DNA of 46,018 bases, from contig JBJTRH010000356.1 of the NCBI GenBank assembly GCA_046076065.1, positions 1-46,018 on the forward strand. The letters run 5' to 3'. A program made the translations under genes and the position numbers. The number at the start of each line of letters is the position of its first letter. Position 1 is the first letter of the stretch. This document shows, piece after piece, positions 1-8,735 of the stretch. Below the pieces are notes generated by a model. That model did not search any database. It saw nothing but the letters and a program-made list of their open reading frames with translations, and was not told where the DNA came from. This DNA comes from Planctomycetaceae bacterium. Its GTDB lineage: Bacteria; Planctomycetota; Planctomycetia; Pirellulales; UBA1268.

Positions 1-441
1 GGCATCAGCCGCTTCGACTTCAGCGGCGGAAGTTGGACGCAGACGGGCTCCGCGTTTCGGTTTGACACCACGAACAGCCTGTTGACGACGGGAACCGCGG
101 CGAGCGGAGGGATTCTCGTGGCGATCCGCGGCCTTTCCGGCTCGTACGACTCGGCGACGAGCACGGCCACGCTCTTTGCCACGACGACCGAGACTAGCAA
201 TAACCGCTTGATCAGCTTCCTCGACACCGGATCACTGTCGACCTCGACGGCGTTCACGACGCTCCAATCCGCCGGGGCAAACTACGCGTTCCGCGGAGTG
301 GATCTCTCGCCCGTCGCCGTTCCCGAGCCCTCGGCCATCGCCATCGTGGGAATGGGTATGGCTCCCGCGGTGCTGCTCGCGCTGCGACGGCGAAATCGGC
401 GGGGCCTCGCGACGCGATCGCGGGGCCAGCACGCGGCCTAG
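1..441 (+). CDS. PEP-CTERM sorting-domain protein, 3' part only (5' end outside window)
   Basis: Frame is open from base 1 (GISRFDFSGGSWTQ...). The Ser/Thr-rich body ends in VPEPSAIAIVGMGMAPAVLLALRRRNRR (VPEP, hydrophobic helix, Arg cluster). Its stop overlaps the mmsA stop at CTAG 438-441. Confidence 0.85.
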   Translation, partial: GISRFDFSGGSWTQTGSAFRFDTTNSLLTTGTAASGGILVAIRGLSGSYDSATSTATLFATTTETSNNRLISFLDTGSLSTSTAFTTLQSAGANYAFRGVDLSPVAVPEPSAIAIVGMGMAPAVLLALRRRNRRGLATRSRGQHAA

Positions 442-1931
442 CGGTCGGCCCAGATCGTGCCTTCGCCCATGCTGAACCAGCGGGTCGTGGTCACCTTCTG
501 CTGCGTGTAGAAGGCCACGCTCTCGCGCCCCTGGAGGTGCAGGTCTCCGAAGAACGAGGCATGCCAGCCGCTGAACGGGAAGAAGGCCATCGGAGCCGGC
601 ACGCCGATGTTGATCCCCACCATGCCGGCCTGCACGCGGTGGCGAAACTCGCGGGCCGCATTGCCGCTGCGGGTGAAGATCGCGGCACCGTTGCCGTAGG
701 GTGACGAGTTGGCCAGTTCGATCGCCGCGTCGAGGTCGTCCATGCGGACGACGTTGAGCACGGGCCCGAACACCTCCTCTTTCATCGTCACCATCTCGGG
801 GCGGACGTGGTCGAGCACCGTCGGGCCCACGAAGAAGCCGTGCGGGGCCGCAGCGACCTTCGTGGTGCGGCCGTCGGTGAGCGGCTGTGCCCCTTGGCCG
901 GCCGCCTGCGAGATCAACTCGCAGACGCGGTCGGCGTGCTCACGCGTGATCACCGCCCCCATCTGGGCCTCGGCGTCGCGGTCGGTGGGCCCAACCTTGA
1001 TCTTCGAGACCACGTCCACGAGCCGCGGCAGCACGGTGTCGGCGGCCTTGCCGATCGCGATCGCCGTCGATCCGGCCATGCACCGCTCGCCCGCGCAGCC
1101 GAACGCCGCCTCGAGGATCCCGGTCGAGGAGTTGCCGATGTCGGCGTCGGGCATCACGAGCACGAAGTTCTTCGCTCCGCCCGCCGCCTGCACCCGCTTG
1201 CCGGTGGCCGTGCCGATGCGATGGATCTCCCGTGCCACGGGCGTGGAGCCGACGAACGACACCGCCTTGATCGTCGGATGGGCGAGGATCGCGTCGACCG
1301 CCTCACGGCCGCCGTGGACCACGTTCAGCACGCCGGCGGGCAGGCCTGCCTGCTGCGCGAGCTGGGCGATCCTGATCGTGGTCAGCGGCACCTTCTCGCT
1401 CGGCTTGAGCACGAAGGTGTTGCCGCAGGCGATCGCGATCGGCCACATCCAGAGCGGCACCATCGCCGGAAAGTTGAAGGGCGTGATGCCCGCCACCACG
1501 CCGAGCGGCTGCCGGATCGAGTCGCAGTCGATGCCGCGGGCCACGTTCTCGGCCGACTCTCCCATCAGGAGGCTCGGCGCTCCGCAGGCGAACTCGATGT
1601 TCTCCAGGCCCCGGCGGACGTCGCCCCGGGCCTCGGCGAGCGTCTTGCCGTGCTCCGTGGTCACGCTCCGGGCCAGCTCCTCGAAGTGGTCCTCGAGGAG
1701 CACCTTGAGCCGGAAGAGAATCCGGGCCCGCTCGATCGGCGGAGTCTCCATCCACGAGGGAAAGGCCTTCGCCGCCGCCTGCACGGCCTGGTCGACGACG
1801 GCCGCCCCGCAGAGCGGCGTTTCCGCGATCACCTCGCCGATCGACGGGTTGTGGACGGGCGTGGTGGCCACGCCCGACACGGTCGTCCATTCGCCGCCGA
1901 TGAACAGCGGGCAGGGCAGCAGTTTCGACAT
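438..1931 (-). CDS. mmsA: CoA-acylating (methyl)malonate-semialdehyde dehydrogenase
   Basis: ALDH motifs GITPFNFPAMVPLWM, LKPSE, SFVGST, GGAKN, catalytic AGERCMA, EEVFGP and GINIGVPAPMAFFPFSGW are typical of MmsA/IolA. AGGAG RBS upstream. Confidence 0.92.
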   Translation of the reverse strand: MSKLLPCPLFIGGEWTTVSGVATTPVHNPSIGEVIAETPLCGAAVVDQAVQAAAKAFPSWMETPPIERARILFRLKVLLEDHFEELARSVTTEHGKTLAEARGDVRRGLENIEFACGAPSLLMGESAENVARGIDCDSIRQPLGVVAGITPFNFPAMVPLWMWPIAIACGNTFVLKPSEKVPLTTIRIAQLAQQAGLPAGVLNVVHGGREAVDAILAHPTIKAVSFVGSTPVAREIHRIGTATGKRVQAAGGAKNFVLVMPDADIGNSSTGILEAAFGCAGERCMAGSTAIAIGKAADTVLPRLVDVVSKIKVGPTDRDAEAQMGAVITREHADRVCELISQAAGQGAQPLTDGRTTKVAAAPHGFFVGPTVLDHVRPEMVTMKEEVFGPVLNVVRMDDLDAAIELANSSPYGNGAAIFTRSGNAAREFRHRVQAGMVGINIGVPAPMAFFPFSGWHASFFGDLHLQGRESVAFYTQQKVTTTRWFSMGEGTIWADR

Positions 1932-1963
1932 GGCGGATGGCTCCTGGTGGACCGGCCGCCGCT

Positions 1964-1969
1964 AGTGTA
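1964..1969 (-). promoter_or_regulatory. Putative sigma70-type -10 box (TACACT) for mmsA
   Basis: AGTGTA on the + strand in the short intergenic gap upstream of the mmsA RBS; similar TAnnnT boxes recur before other genes here. Confidence 0.45.
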
Positions 1970-1976
1970 GCTGAGA

Positions 1977-2894
1977 TCAGGTGCCGTCGGTGCCGTCGGC
2001 AGGGGCGGTGGGATCGTTTCCGTCGCCGATCGCGCAGTACCAGCGGAGCACCGTGGGGTCGACTTCCAGTTCGATGCCCTCGACGTGGCCGTCCAGGAAC
2101 ACGAACTGCACCGAGCTGGGGTGCGCGCTGCCGAACTTGCGGCGATTCATGTCGTCGCTGCCGCTGGCGAGGCCGCGGGCGGGGTCGCGGAAGCAGTTGT
2201 AGGGGTTGTCGGCGGCGAAGAAGGCGGTGTCGCCCTGGGCCCACTGGACCAGGGTGCTCTGGACGCTGGTGTCCAACTTGGGCAGGTGCTTCTCGCCCAC
2301 GGCGAAGGTCTTCGACAGGCCATCCGTCACCTGGGCCGGCCGAATGCGCGAGAACGTGTGGATCGGCCCCGCCTGCCGCGGATCGAGCATCGTTCCGGGC
2401 TCGGTCGCATAGTTGAAGTATGTGCCTGCGTTGGCGGCATAGTCGCCCCCGGCGGCGACCCCAACCACGACCGGGGGGCGATCGTTATTGTCGAAGTTGC
2501 GGTCGGACGCCGGCAGCCGCCGTGAGGCGCAGTAGAAGGTCTCCACGGGAGTCCGCATGGCTCGGGCATTGCGGTCATCCCACATCGGGACGGTGGTTCC
2601 CGAGACGAGCGACCCATAGACGGCCTGCTGCTCGAGATTGGGCAGGAGGCGAAACGACCACGAGGTTCCATAGGGATCACGGGAGTCGCGACCCATGGGA
2701 TATGCCCGCCTCTGGTCCTGCACCTGCACCACCGCGAGGCCGATCTGCTTGAGGCTGTTCCCGCACGACATCCGCCGAGCCGACTCTCGCGCCGCCTGGA
2801 CGGCGGGCAGAAGCAGCCCGATCAGCACCGCGATGATCGCGATCACGACCAGTAGTTCGACCAAGGTGAAACCATGTCGGGGGCGGCGGTGCAT
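1977..2894 (-). CDS. DUF1559 family prepilin-type N-terminal cleavage/methylation protein (H-X9-DG C-terminal motif)
   Basis: GFTLVELLVVIAIIAVLIGLLLPAVQAARESARRMSCGNSLKQIGLA and HPSSVQFVFLDG. Start placed at ATG 2894 behind GGAG. TATACT -10 box at 2945-2950 (- strand). Confidence 0.92.
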   Translation of the reverse strand: MHRRPRHGFTLVELLVVIAIIAVLIGLLLPAVQAARESARRMSCGNSLKQIGLAVVQVQDQRRAYPMGRDSRDPYGTSWSFRLLPNLEQQAVYGSLVSGTTVPMWDDRNARAMRTPVETFYCASRRLPASDRNFDNNDRPPVVVGVAAGGDYAANAGTYFNYATEPGTMLDPRQAGPIHTFSRIRPAQVTDGLSKTFAVGEKHLPKLDTSVQSTLVQWAQGDTAFFAADNPYNCFRDPARGLASGSDDMNRRKFGSAHPSSVQFVFLDGHVEGIELEVDPTVLRWYCAIGDGNDPTAPADGTDGT

Positions 2895-3014
2895 GGCGTG
2901 GCTCTCCGCAGGCGGGGCCGGGCCGGGGCGGCCTCGGTGGTGGAAGTATAAACGGCCACCCGCCATCTGGGTTGCGGCTAGGGATGCCGAACGCGGGCCC
3001 GCGGTTCGGGCGGC

Positions 3015-3770
3015 TCAGGCGGCCCGACGGCCCGCCGTGGCCGCCTCGAGCCCGGCGAAGTCGTCGTGGTAGAGGTCCGCGACGACGGCGCGAAGCTGCG
3101 GGGTCCAGAGAGACCGCACATCGGCCGATCGGGACGCGTTGTCGTGCCGCAGGGCCTCGAGTGATCCGCGGACGGACGCGAGCCTGCCGATGCTCCTGAA
3201 GAGCGATTCCAGCCCTGCCGCAAGCTGCTCCATGTCGATCAGCCGGTCGAACCGCACTCGATCGAGCTCGAGCACTCTGACCTGGGGAGCGAAGTGCGGA
3301 TCCCACTCGGTTCCGTGCCGGGCGAGCCCGTGGACGAACTGCTCGAAGGAGATGACCTTCTGCATCGTGTTGATCCGCGCCGCCTGCCACGCCTCGACCG
3401 ACGTGCCGAGCCTCACTGGCGTGGCGTAGGAGGCGAGATAGGCGAGCGGGTGGAATCGTCGGGCGTAGCGATTCAGCTTGTTGCGATAGTTCGACTCGAC
3501 CCGTGCGAAGGGATCCCGAGTCACGGAGAACCAGGTGTAGGCCGCGAGTCGCCTCGCCACTGCGGCGATCTCGTCGCCTTCGAGCCGCAGTTCGTAGACG
3601 CCCGTCGCCCCGCGTCCGACCTGCGCGGCCGTCTTCCGCGGGCAGTCGCGCGGACCCCGCCTGGCGGGCATGCCGCTGGCGTCCAGCAGGAGGTTGATCA
3701 TCGTGGTCGAGGCGCACTTCGGCAGCGGCGCGTAAACCAGCCGCCAGGGCTCGTAGACGACGAGATGCAT
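3015..3770 (-). CDS. Sulfotransferase family 2 protein (PAPS-dependent)
   Basis: 5'-PSB motif PKCASTT, 3'-PB motif RDPFARVESNY, plus DPHFAPQ and C-terminal LYHDDF pattern. Confidence 0.8.
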   Translation of the reverse strand: MHLVVYEPWRLVYAPLPKCASTTMINLLLDASGMPARRGPRDCPRKTAAQVGRGATGVYELRLEGDEIAAVARRLAAYTWFSVTRDPFARVESNYRNKLNRYARRFHPLAYLASYATPVRLGTSVEAWQAARINTMQKVISFEQFVHGLARHGTEWDPHFAPQVRVLELDRVRFDRLIDMEQLAAGLESLFRSIGRLASVRGSLEALRHDNASRSADVRSLWTPQLRAVVADLYHDDFAGLEAATAGRRAA

Positions 3771-3926
3771 GGAACCCCACCCCGGACGAGCGCCCGGAAC
3801 GCGGCCGAGCGTGCCTCTCTCTTCGGCCCACCGCGATGCCGCTCGTCACAAAACCGGCATCGCGACGCCGGTGCGCGGAGCCTGTCGCCCATGCCAGACG
3901 ACGCACTCCCCCCAGCTTCCGTCGAT

Positions 3927-5237
3927 TCACGGGTGCGGCGGGATCGGCTGGATCGTGCCGGTGGCGAGGCCGGCTTGGTAGTCGTGCCAGGTCATCGCGG
4001 GGCGGCCCGTATCGATCGGCGTCATCGTGATGCAGGCGTCGACCGGACAGACGATCGAGCAGAGGTTGCAGCCCACGCAGTCGTGCTCCCGGACTTTCGG
4101 CACCGGCTTGCCGGGCACGCGGCCCGGACCGAGGCCGTAGGGGGCGGGATCGACAAGATCGATGCACTGGTGGGCACCGTCCTCGCAGGCGATATGGCAG
4201 AGGTTGCAGCCGATGCACTTCTCGTAGTCGATCCGCGCCACCCGCTTGGAGTGCAGGTCGAGCTGCTGCCAGTCGCCCACCTGCGGCACGGCCTTCCCCC
4301 GGAGATCGGCGAGCGACCGCATGCCTTTGGAGTCGAGGTAGGCCGAGAGGCCGTCCTTCATGTCCTCCACGATCCGGAAGCCGTAGTGCATGATCGCGGT
4401 GCAGACCTGCAGGCTCGTCGAGCCGAGGGCGACGAACTCGGCCGCATCCCGCCAGCTGCCGATGCCGCCGATACCTGAGATCGGCAGCCCAACCTGCGGG
4501 TCGGCCGCGCAGGCGTGCACCATGTTGAGGGCGATCGGCTTCACGGCCGGCCCGCAGTAGCCGCCGTGCGAACTGCGGCCGGCGACGTAAGGCTCGGGCA
4601 CGAGCGTGTCGAGGTTGACGTTCGTGATGCTGTTGATCGTGTTGATGAGCGAGATCGCGTCGGCGCCGGCCCGCTTCGCTGCGCGGGCGGCGTAGACGAC
4701 GTTCGTGATGTTGGGCGTGAGCTTGACGATCACGGGAATCGTGGCCGCCTCCATCACCCAGCCCACGATCGTCTCGGCCACCTCCGGGTTCTGCCCCACC
4801 GCGGAGCCCATGCCCCGCTCGCACATCCCGTGCGGGCAGCCGAAGTTGAGCTCGATGCCGTCGGCCCCGCAGTCGGCCGACCGCTTCACGAACTCGTGCC
4901 ACCGCTCGCGGGTGTCGACCATGAGGGAGGCGATCACCGTGTGCGCAGGCCACCGCCTTTTGACCTCGGCGATCTCGTCGAAGTTGGTCTCGGGCGACCG
5001 GTCGCTGATCAGCTCGATGTTGTTGAAGCCCGCCATCCGCAGGCCACCGAGCGTGAGGCCCGAGTAGCGGGACGAGACGTTCACGATCGGCTCGCCGATC
5101 GTCTTCCAGACCACGCCTCCCCACCCTGCCTCGAAGGCGCGGTGGGCCTGATGGGCGGTGTTGGACGGCGGCCCGCTCGCCACCCAGAAGGGATTCGGGC
5201 TCTTGATGCCGGCGAAGTCGATCGAGAGATCGGCCAT
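3927..5237 (-). CDS. preA: NAD-dependent dihydropyrimidine dehydrogenase subunit PreA
   Basis: PNPFWVASGPP, GWGGVVWKT, NNIELISDR, ELNFGCPHGMCERGMG, KLTPN and two C-terminal CxxCxxC ferredoxin motifs. Confidence 0.95.
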   Translation of the reverse strand: MADLSIDFAGIKSPNPFWVASGPPSNTAHQAHRAFEAGWGGVVWKTIGEPIVNVSSRYSGLTLGGLRMAGFNNIELISDRSPETNFDEIAEVKRRWPAHTVIASLMVDTRERWHEFVKRSADCGADGIELNFGCPHGMCERGMGSAVGQNPEVAETIVGWVMEAATIPVIVKLTPNITNVVYAARAAKRAGADAISLINTINSITNVNLDTLVPEPYVAGRSSHGGYCGPAVKPIALNMVHACAADPQVGLPISGIGGIGSWRDAAEFVALGSTSLQVCTAIMHYGFRIVEDMKDGLSAYLDSKGMRSLADLRGKAVPQVGDWQQLDLHSKRVARIDYEKCIGCNLCHIACEDGAHQCIDLVDPAPYGLGPGRVPGKPVPKVREHDCVGCNLCSIVCPVDACITMTPIDTGRPAMTWHDYQAGLATGTIQPIPPHP

Positions 5238-5246
5238 GGGAGTGGA

Positions 5247-6695
5247 TCAGCCCTGCTTCAGGGCCGCCTCCAGTTCGTGGACGCGGATCGGATGGTCGAA
5301 GCCGGAGCCGGTGGCCCCGTCGGGCATGCCCAGCCGCGAGGGCTGCAGCGGGCCGCGCACGGGCTCGCCACCGAGTGCGGCGTGGACGCCACGGGCGGCC
5401 TTTTTCCCTTCCGCGACGGCGTTCACCACCTCGCGGCCGCCGCTGGCGGCGTCGCCGCCGACGAACACCGTCGGCAGGCTTGTCTGCATGGTGGCCGGAT
5501 CGTGCACCACGCGGCCCCGGCCGTCGAGCTTCAGACCGGGAAAGAGCCGCGTGAGGAGCCCGGCCTGCTTCTCCTGGCCGACCGCCTTGAGCACCATGTC
5601 GCATGGCTCGGTCCACTCGCTGCCTGCGACCACCCCGACGCGGCCGTCGCGCACCTCCGTGCGGGCGAGCGTGAGGCCCGTGACGTGGCCGGCGTTGCCG
5701 ACCACCGCGATGGGCACCGTGTCAAACAAGAAGGTCGCCCCGTCGGTCTTGGCGAGGTCGTACTCGAAGGGATAGGCCGACATCTCCGCGGGGCCACGGC
5801 GGTAGACGATCGTCGCCACCTCGGCACCGAGCCGCTTCGCCTGTGTGACGGCATCGATCGCGGTGTTGCCGCATCCGAGCACCGCCACCCGCCGGCCCAC
5901 GGGCACCTGGTCGAGCGGTCGCGTGTGGATTTGCTCGATGAAGTCGAGTGCATCGATCACTTCGGGCAGGTCCTCGCCCGCGATGCCGAGCCGGTTCGCA
6001 CCACCAAGTCCGATGCCGATGAAGATCGCGTCGTGATCCCGCTCGAGATCGGCCACTGGCATGTCTCCGCCCACATCGACGCCATAGCGAAACGTGACAC
6101 CGAGCCGCTCGATCATCCGCACCTCGTCGAGGCTCACCTCCGGCCGCATCTTGTAATAGGCGATGCCGTAGGTGTTGAGGCCGCCACCGGCCGGCTTCTT
6201 CTCGAAGACCGTGACGGCGTAGCCGAGCCGGGCGAGTTCGGCCGCACAGCCGAGCCCCGCCGGGCCGGCCCCCAGCACCGCCACGCGGCGACCGTTCTTC
6301 GCCGTCGCGGGCTGCAGCACGTCGATGCCGTGCGCGGACACGTGATCGGTGGCATGCCGCTGCAGCCGGCCGATCTGGATCGGCTGCTTCTCCAGGTCGA
6401 GCATCACGCAGGCCCCTTCGCAGAGCACCTGCGTGGGGCAGACCCGCGCACAGCTCGCGCCGAGGACGTTGGCCTCGAGGATGGTGCGGGCGGCCCCGGT
6501 GAGGTTGTCGGTGGTGATCTTGCGGATGAAGGTGGGGATGTCGATCCCGGTGGGACAGGCCTTGATGCAGGGGGCGTCGTAGCAGAACAGGCAGCGGCCG
6601 GCCTCCACCCTCGCCTCCTGGGGCGAGAACGACGGCTTGATGTCGGCGAGATTCGCTGCGGCCGTGGCCGCGTCGAGGAGGGGCTGGATCGGCAT
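5247..6695 (-). CDS. preT: NAD-dependent dihydropyrimidine dehydrogenase subunit PreT (GltD-like FAD/Fe-S)
   Basis: EAGRCLFCYDAPCIKACP, CARVCP, GAGPAG, GCGNTAID, GGD. Real start is ATG 6695 (MPIQPLL), not the 7985 of the long ORF. Lies directly upstream of preA; TATCAT box at 6753-6758 (- strand). Confidence 0.92.
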   Translation of the reverse strand: MPIQPLLDAATAAANLADIKPSFSPQEARVEAGRCLFCYDAPCIKACPTGIDIPTFIRKITTDNLTGAARTILEANVLGASCARVCPTQVLCEGACVMLDLEKQPIQIGRLQRHATDHVSAHGIDVLQPATAKNGRRVAVLGAGPAGLGCAAELARLGYAVTVFEKKPAGGGLNTYGIAYYKMRPEVSLDEVRMIERLGVTFRYGVDVGGDMPVADLERDHDAIFIGIGLGGANRLGIAGEDLPEVIDALDFIEQIHTRPLDQVPVGRRVAVLGCGNTAIDAVTQAKRLGAEVATIVYRRGPAEMSAYPFEYDLAKTDGATFLFDTVPIAVVGNAGHVTGLTLARTEVRDGRVGVVAGSEWTEPCDMVLKAVGQEKQAGLLTRLFPGLKLDGRGRVVHDPATMQTSLPTVFVGGDAASGGREVVNAVAEGKKAARGVHAALGGEPVRGPLQPSRLGMPDGATGSGFDHPIRVHELEAALKQG

Positions 6696-6806
6696 GCGGC
6701 AACGCTCCCTTTCCGACGACCGGTTCGCGAACCCGGGGCGACCTGGCCCGCGATGATACGCCCGGGACGCTTGCGGAAGCCACCCGGGTCGGGCCACGAT
6801 ACGGCC

Positions 6807-8066
6807 ATGACCGACGTGCTCGACCCGCAGCGGACGCTCCGTGACCTCGAGGATCTCCGCTCGCTGACGGGCGATGCCGACGGCGCCCAGCGCGTCGCGT
6901 TCACCCCCACGTGGGTCGCGGCCCGGAGCTGGTTTCGCGAGCGGCTTGCCGGCCTGCCGGTGGAGATTCACCAAGACGCCGCCGGCAACGTGTGGACCAC
7001 GCTTCCCGGCGAGAGCGACCGCGCGGTCGTGATCGGCAGCCACATCGATTCCGTGCCGAACGGCGGCTGGCTCGACGGCTGCCTGGGCCTGATGGCCGGC
7101 GTGGAGGTGCTGCGGCGGGTGTCGGCGGAGCATGCCGGGAAGCCGCCCGTGACGCTCCGCGTGGTGGACTGGGCCGACGAGGAGGGCGCCCGGTTCGGCA
7201 AAAGCCTGTTCGGCTCGGCGGCCTGTTCCGGCAATCTCGATCTCGACGAGGCGCGGCGGCTCGTCGACCGGCAGGGCATGTCGCTCCCCGACGCGCTGCG
7301 GCAGGTGGGACTCGACTTCGAGCGGGTGAAGGAATGCGGCCGCGAACTCGACACCGCCGGGGCGTACCTGGAGCTTCACATCGAGCAGGGGCCCGTGCTC
7401 CTCGACCTCGGCCTGCCACTCGGCGCCGTGCTCGGCACCTTCGGTGTGGAACGGCACGCGATCACGTTCCACGGTCAGGCGGCCCACTCGGGCTCCACGC
7501 CGATGAACCGCCGCCGCGATGCGTTTCTCGCGGCCGGCAGGATGGCGCAGGAGATCTACGCGATCGCCGCACGCAGCGGCGGGGGCGTGTGCACGATCGG
7601 CTCGTGCACGACGACGCCGGGCATCGTGACGAGCGTGGTCGAGGAATGCCGGATCACGCTCGACCAGCGGCACCTCGATCCGGTCGCACTGGCCCGCATG
7701 CACGCGGAGGCCCGCGAGGCGGCGGCCCGGTTCGCGACGGAGGGGGGCGTGGAGGTGTCGTGGGAGCGGCTCTGGCACATTCCCCCTGCGCCGTTTCACC
7801 CCGACCTGATCGGCTTCGCCGAGGAGGCCGTCCGCGAGACCTGTGGCACGTCGCACCGCCTGCCGTCGGGCCCGCTGCACGACGCCGCCGAGATGGCGAT
7901 GGCCGGCGTGCCGACGGTGATGCTCTTCGTGCAGAGCCTCCACGGCATCAGCCACAACAAGATCGAAGACACGCGCACGGAACACCTGGAGTTCGCCGTT
8001 CGGGCGCTCGACCGACTGGCCGACAAGACGATGCGCTGGGTCGCCGGATCCGAGCCGAGGAGCTGA
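6807..8066 (+). CDS. Zn-dependent N-carbamoyl-amino acid amidohydrolase (M20; probable beta-ureidopropionase)
   Basis: [57 protein letters not shown]. Start at ATG 6807; divergent from preTA. Substrate inferred from context. Confidence 0.85.
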   Translation: MTDVLDPQRTLRDLEDLRSLTGDADGAQRVAFTPTWVAARSWFRERLAGLPVEIHQDAAGNVWTTLPGESDRAVVIGSHIDSVPNGGWLDGCLGLMAGVEVLRRVSAEHAGKPPVTLRVVDWADEEGARFGKSLFGSAACSGNLDLDEARRLVDRQGMSLPDALRQVGLDFERVKECGRELDTAGAYLELHIEQGPVLLDLGLPLGAVLGTFGVERHAITFHGQAAHSGSTPMNRRRDAFLAAGRMAQEIYAIAARSGGGVCTIGSCTTTPGIVTSVVEECRITLDQRHLDPVALARMHAEAREAAARFATEGGVEVSWERLWHIPPAPFHPDLIGFAEEAVRETCGTSHRLPSGPLHDAAEMAMAGVPTVMLFVQSLHGISHNKIEDTRTEHLEFAVRALDRLADKTMRWVAGSEPRS

Positions 8067-8068
8067 CG

Positions 8069-8716
8069 ATGGAACACCGCAGCACGCACGCCCGCAAGGA
8101 ATACGAGCGGGGATCGCTCGACGAGACCACGGTCGATCGCGATCCGATCCGTCAGTTTGCAGTCTGGTACGACGCGGCGGTCGCGGCCGGCGTGCCCGAG
8201 CCCGAGGCGATGACCCTCGCCACCGCCACGCCGGATGGGCGGCCGTCGGCCCGCATCGTGCTGCTCCGCGGCTTCGATGCCCGCGGCTTCTGCTTCTTCA
8301 CCAACTACGACAGCCACAAGGGCCGTGAGCTCACGGCGAATCCCCACGCAGCGCTCACCTTCCACTGGGCCGACCTGGAGCGGCAGATTCGGATCGAGGG
8401 CCGCGTCGAGCGGACGACCGCCGCCGAGTCGGACGACTACTTTCGGACGCGGCCGAGCACGTCGCGGATCGGGGCCTGGAGTTCGCCGCAGAGCCAGGTG
8501 ATTCCCGACCGGGAGACGCTCGAGACGCTCTTTGCCACGTTTCGGACCGAGCATCCAGACGACGCGGCGATCCCGCGGCCGCCGAACTGGGGCGGATTCC
8601 GGCTCGTGCCTGAGCGGATCGAGTTCTGGCAGGGACGGCCAAGCCGCCTGCACGACCGACTCTGCTTCCGTCGCGGTCCGGGTGGCGACTGGCTCCTCGA
8701 GCGGCTTGCGCCATGA
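8069..8716 (+). CDS. pdxH: Pyridoxine/pyridoxamine 5'-phosphate oxidase
   Basis: [60 protein letters not shown]. Start at ATG 8069. Confidence 0.95.
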   Translation: MEHRSTHARKEYERGSLDETTVDRDPIRQFAVWYDAAVAAGVPEPEAMTLATATPDGRPSARIVLLRGFDARGFCFFTNYDSHKGRELTANPHAALTFHWADLERQIRIEGRVERTTAAESDDYFRTRPSTSRIGAWSSPQSQVIPDRETLETLFATFRTEHPDDAAIPRPPNWGGFRLVPERIEFWQGRPSRLHDRLCFRRGPGGDWLLERLAP

Positions 8717-8735
8717 CGACGCAGCAGGAGACGAC

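Noticed and set aside
3832-3864. 10-bp inverted repeat CGCGATGCCG-N13-CGGCATCGCG with a TGTGA half-site in the loop
   Set aside because: No U-tract for an intrinsic terminator and no second CRP/FNR half-site; single occurrence.
2677-5616. 979-aa minus-strand ORF and similar Arg/Pro/Gly-rich alternative-frame ORFs
   Set aside because: Off-frame shadows of preA, the sulfotransferase and other real genes; composition is typical of stop-poor GC-rich frames.
4515-6806. Apparent 1183-aa and 912-aa fusions of the amidohydrolase and PreT
   Set aside because: The extensions are antisense read-through of the divergent partner gene; homology begins at ATG 6807 and ATG 6695.
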